Source: Podarcis tiliguerta
Taxonomy: Eukaryota
Reading direction: 5' to 3' (one strand)
Length of the DNA: 64,000 nucleotides
Assembly: GCA_965153285.1 (NCBI GenBank)
Contig: OZ229111.1
This document shows, one piece after another, positions 62,862 through 64,000 of this stretch. Position numbers and translations under genes: made by a program. Under the pieces are notes generated by a model. The model ran no database searches and was not told the origin of the DNA. It was given only the letters and a program-made list of their open reading frames with translations. Within the stretch, counting starts at the first letter, position 1. Each line of letters starts with the position of its first letter.

Positions 62862-63432
62862 CATAGCTGTCAACTTACGGATTTGAAAATAAGGGACCAG
62901 CAGCCAAAATAAGGGACCTGCGCCCAAAATAAGGGACCTGCGCCCTCACCTGTTCCAGGCACTCCAGTCTTCCTGTCCTCCTGCAGTCTGGTTAAACTCA
63001 TGCTGGTAGCTTCGAGAACACTGTCCAACCAACTTTGTAACCAGAGGTTCAACTGAATAGAATCTGAATCACATGCACCACAAGGCCTATGCAGCCTCAA
63101 CTTAAGATGGCTCCCCGGCCTGGCTTTGCACTGCAAAGTTTGCAGCAGCACGTACAACAAAATGGCGTCCAGCATTCAAAAAACCCCTCAGCTTGCATTA
63201 ACTAGCCACACAAAAGTCATGCAAGCTCACCCCCCAGTTGTTCTTAGACTTCTTATTGGGTGAGCAACACAGCCAAGCAACACAGTTGGAGCCTCCCTCC
63301 TCCCTGGCCGGCAGGGAGGGAGGGAGAGCAGCTGCTTCCTTTGAAATTTAAGGGACATCGTTTAAGGGACATCCATCAATAAGGGACAGCAGCAGGACAT
63401 GGCGCTGGAATAAGGGACACTTGACAGCTATG
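62862..63432. mobile_element. Non-autonomous hAT element with subterminal TAAGGGAC repeats
   Basis: 12-bp TIRs CATAGCTGTCAA...TTGACAGCTATG; perfect 8-bp TSD CTTTATTC (62854-62861 and 63433-63440). Confidence 0.9.
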
Positions 63433-63595
63433 CTTTATTCGGAAAGTACTTTAGAAGAGCAGTTCCAGATGACCCTCATGTCCAAGGACCTTCTGAATTG
63501 ACCAAAGCAGTACCCAGCAGGCAAATTACATTTTATTTTATGTATACTACAAGTATAGTACATTGTCCGGGCTCTGCAATGTTTGAAAACGAATA

Positions 63596-63828
63596 CAGTG
63601 GTACCTCGGGTTAAGTACTTAATTCGTTCCGGAGGTCCGTACTTAACCTGAAACTGTTCTTAACCTGAAGCACCACTTTAGCCTCCTACTGCTGCCGTGC
63701 CACTGGAGCACGATTTCTGTTCTCATCCTGAAGCAAAGTTCTTAACCTGAAGCACTATTTCTGGGTTAGCGGAGTCTGTAACCTGAAGTGTATGTAACCT
63801 GAAGCATATGTAACCTGAGGTACCACTG
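63596..63828. mobile_element. Tc1/mariner (Tigger-like) MITE in a STAB1 intron
   Basis: TIRs CAGTGGTACCTCGGGTTA...TAACCTGAGGTACCACTG, TA TSD, internal TAACCTGAAG repeats. Confidence 0.88.
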
Positions 63829-64000
63829 TAATAAAAAATAACTTGAGAATCCAAGCATGTGATTGTTATAAACTTTTTGGAATCATGATCAGTGCTCTGT
63901 ATCTAAGTTTCAATAACTAGAGTAGTTTGGGATGGATTTCAATTCAGGGAAGCATGCTTTAAAGTAACCCTCTCAGAAACCATTCTCCTTAGCAGTTCTC

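Noticed and set aside
62888-62945. Regularly spaced AAAATAAGGGACC repeats resembling a mini CRISPR array, and ORF 62870..63175
   Set aside because: Eukaryotic intron; the repeats lie inside a hAT element with TIRs and TSD and have no unique spacers; the ORF is incidental

Overview
Vertebrate nuclear DNA, almost certainly from a squamate and probably a lacertid lizard (Sauria/Squam1-, Squam2- and Squam3-type SINEs are present). It carries the block syntenic to human 3p21.1, read in reverse: the last five coding exons and 3'UTR of PBRM1 (+, 1288-9819); the complete 70-aa microprotein gene SMIM4/UQCC5 (-, CDS 17467-17317 + 14687-14626, absent from the ORF track); a shared bidirectional CpG-island promoter (~19.5-21.6 kb); the complete 14-exon NT5DC2 gene (+, 21209-48141, 591 aa); and the last 11 coding exons of STAB1 (-, 62234-52439). 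Exon boundaries were derived by hand from GT/AG sites and phase continuity. Introns hold many TEs: a decayed Chapaev3-type transposon, hAT MITEs with 8-bp TSDs, TA-flanked Tc1/mariner-type MITEs, SINEs, LINE/Penelope fragments and a ~950-bp GC-rich element in the last NT5DC2 intron. I found no clearly new multi-gene system. The best leads are regulatory or evolutionary: an RBFOX-motif cluster on a PBRM1 cassette exon, a candidate truncating PBRM1 last exon, uORFs on both genes of the head-to-head pair, possible in-frame TE exonization in NT5DC2, altered sorting motifs in the STAB1 tail, and the Chapaev3 fossil. Comparisons with human proteins and TE families are from memory, not from searches.
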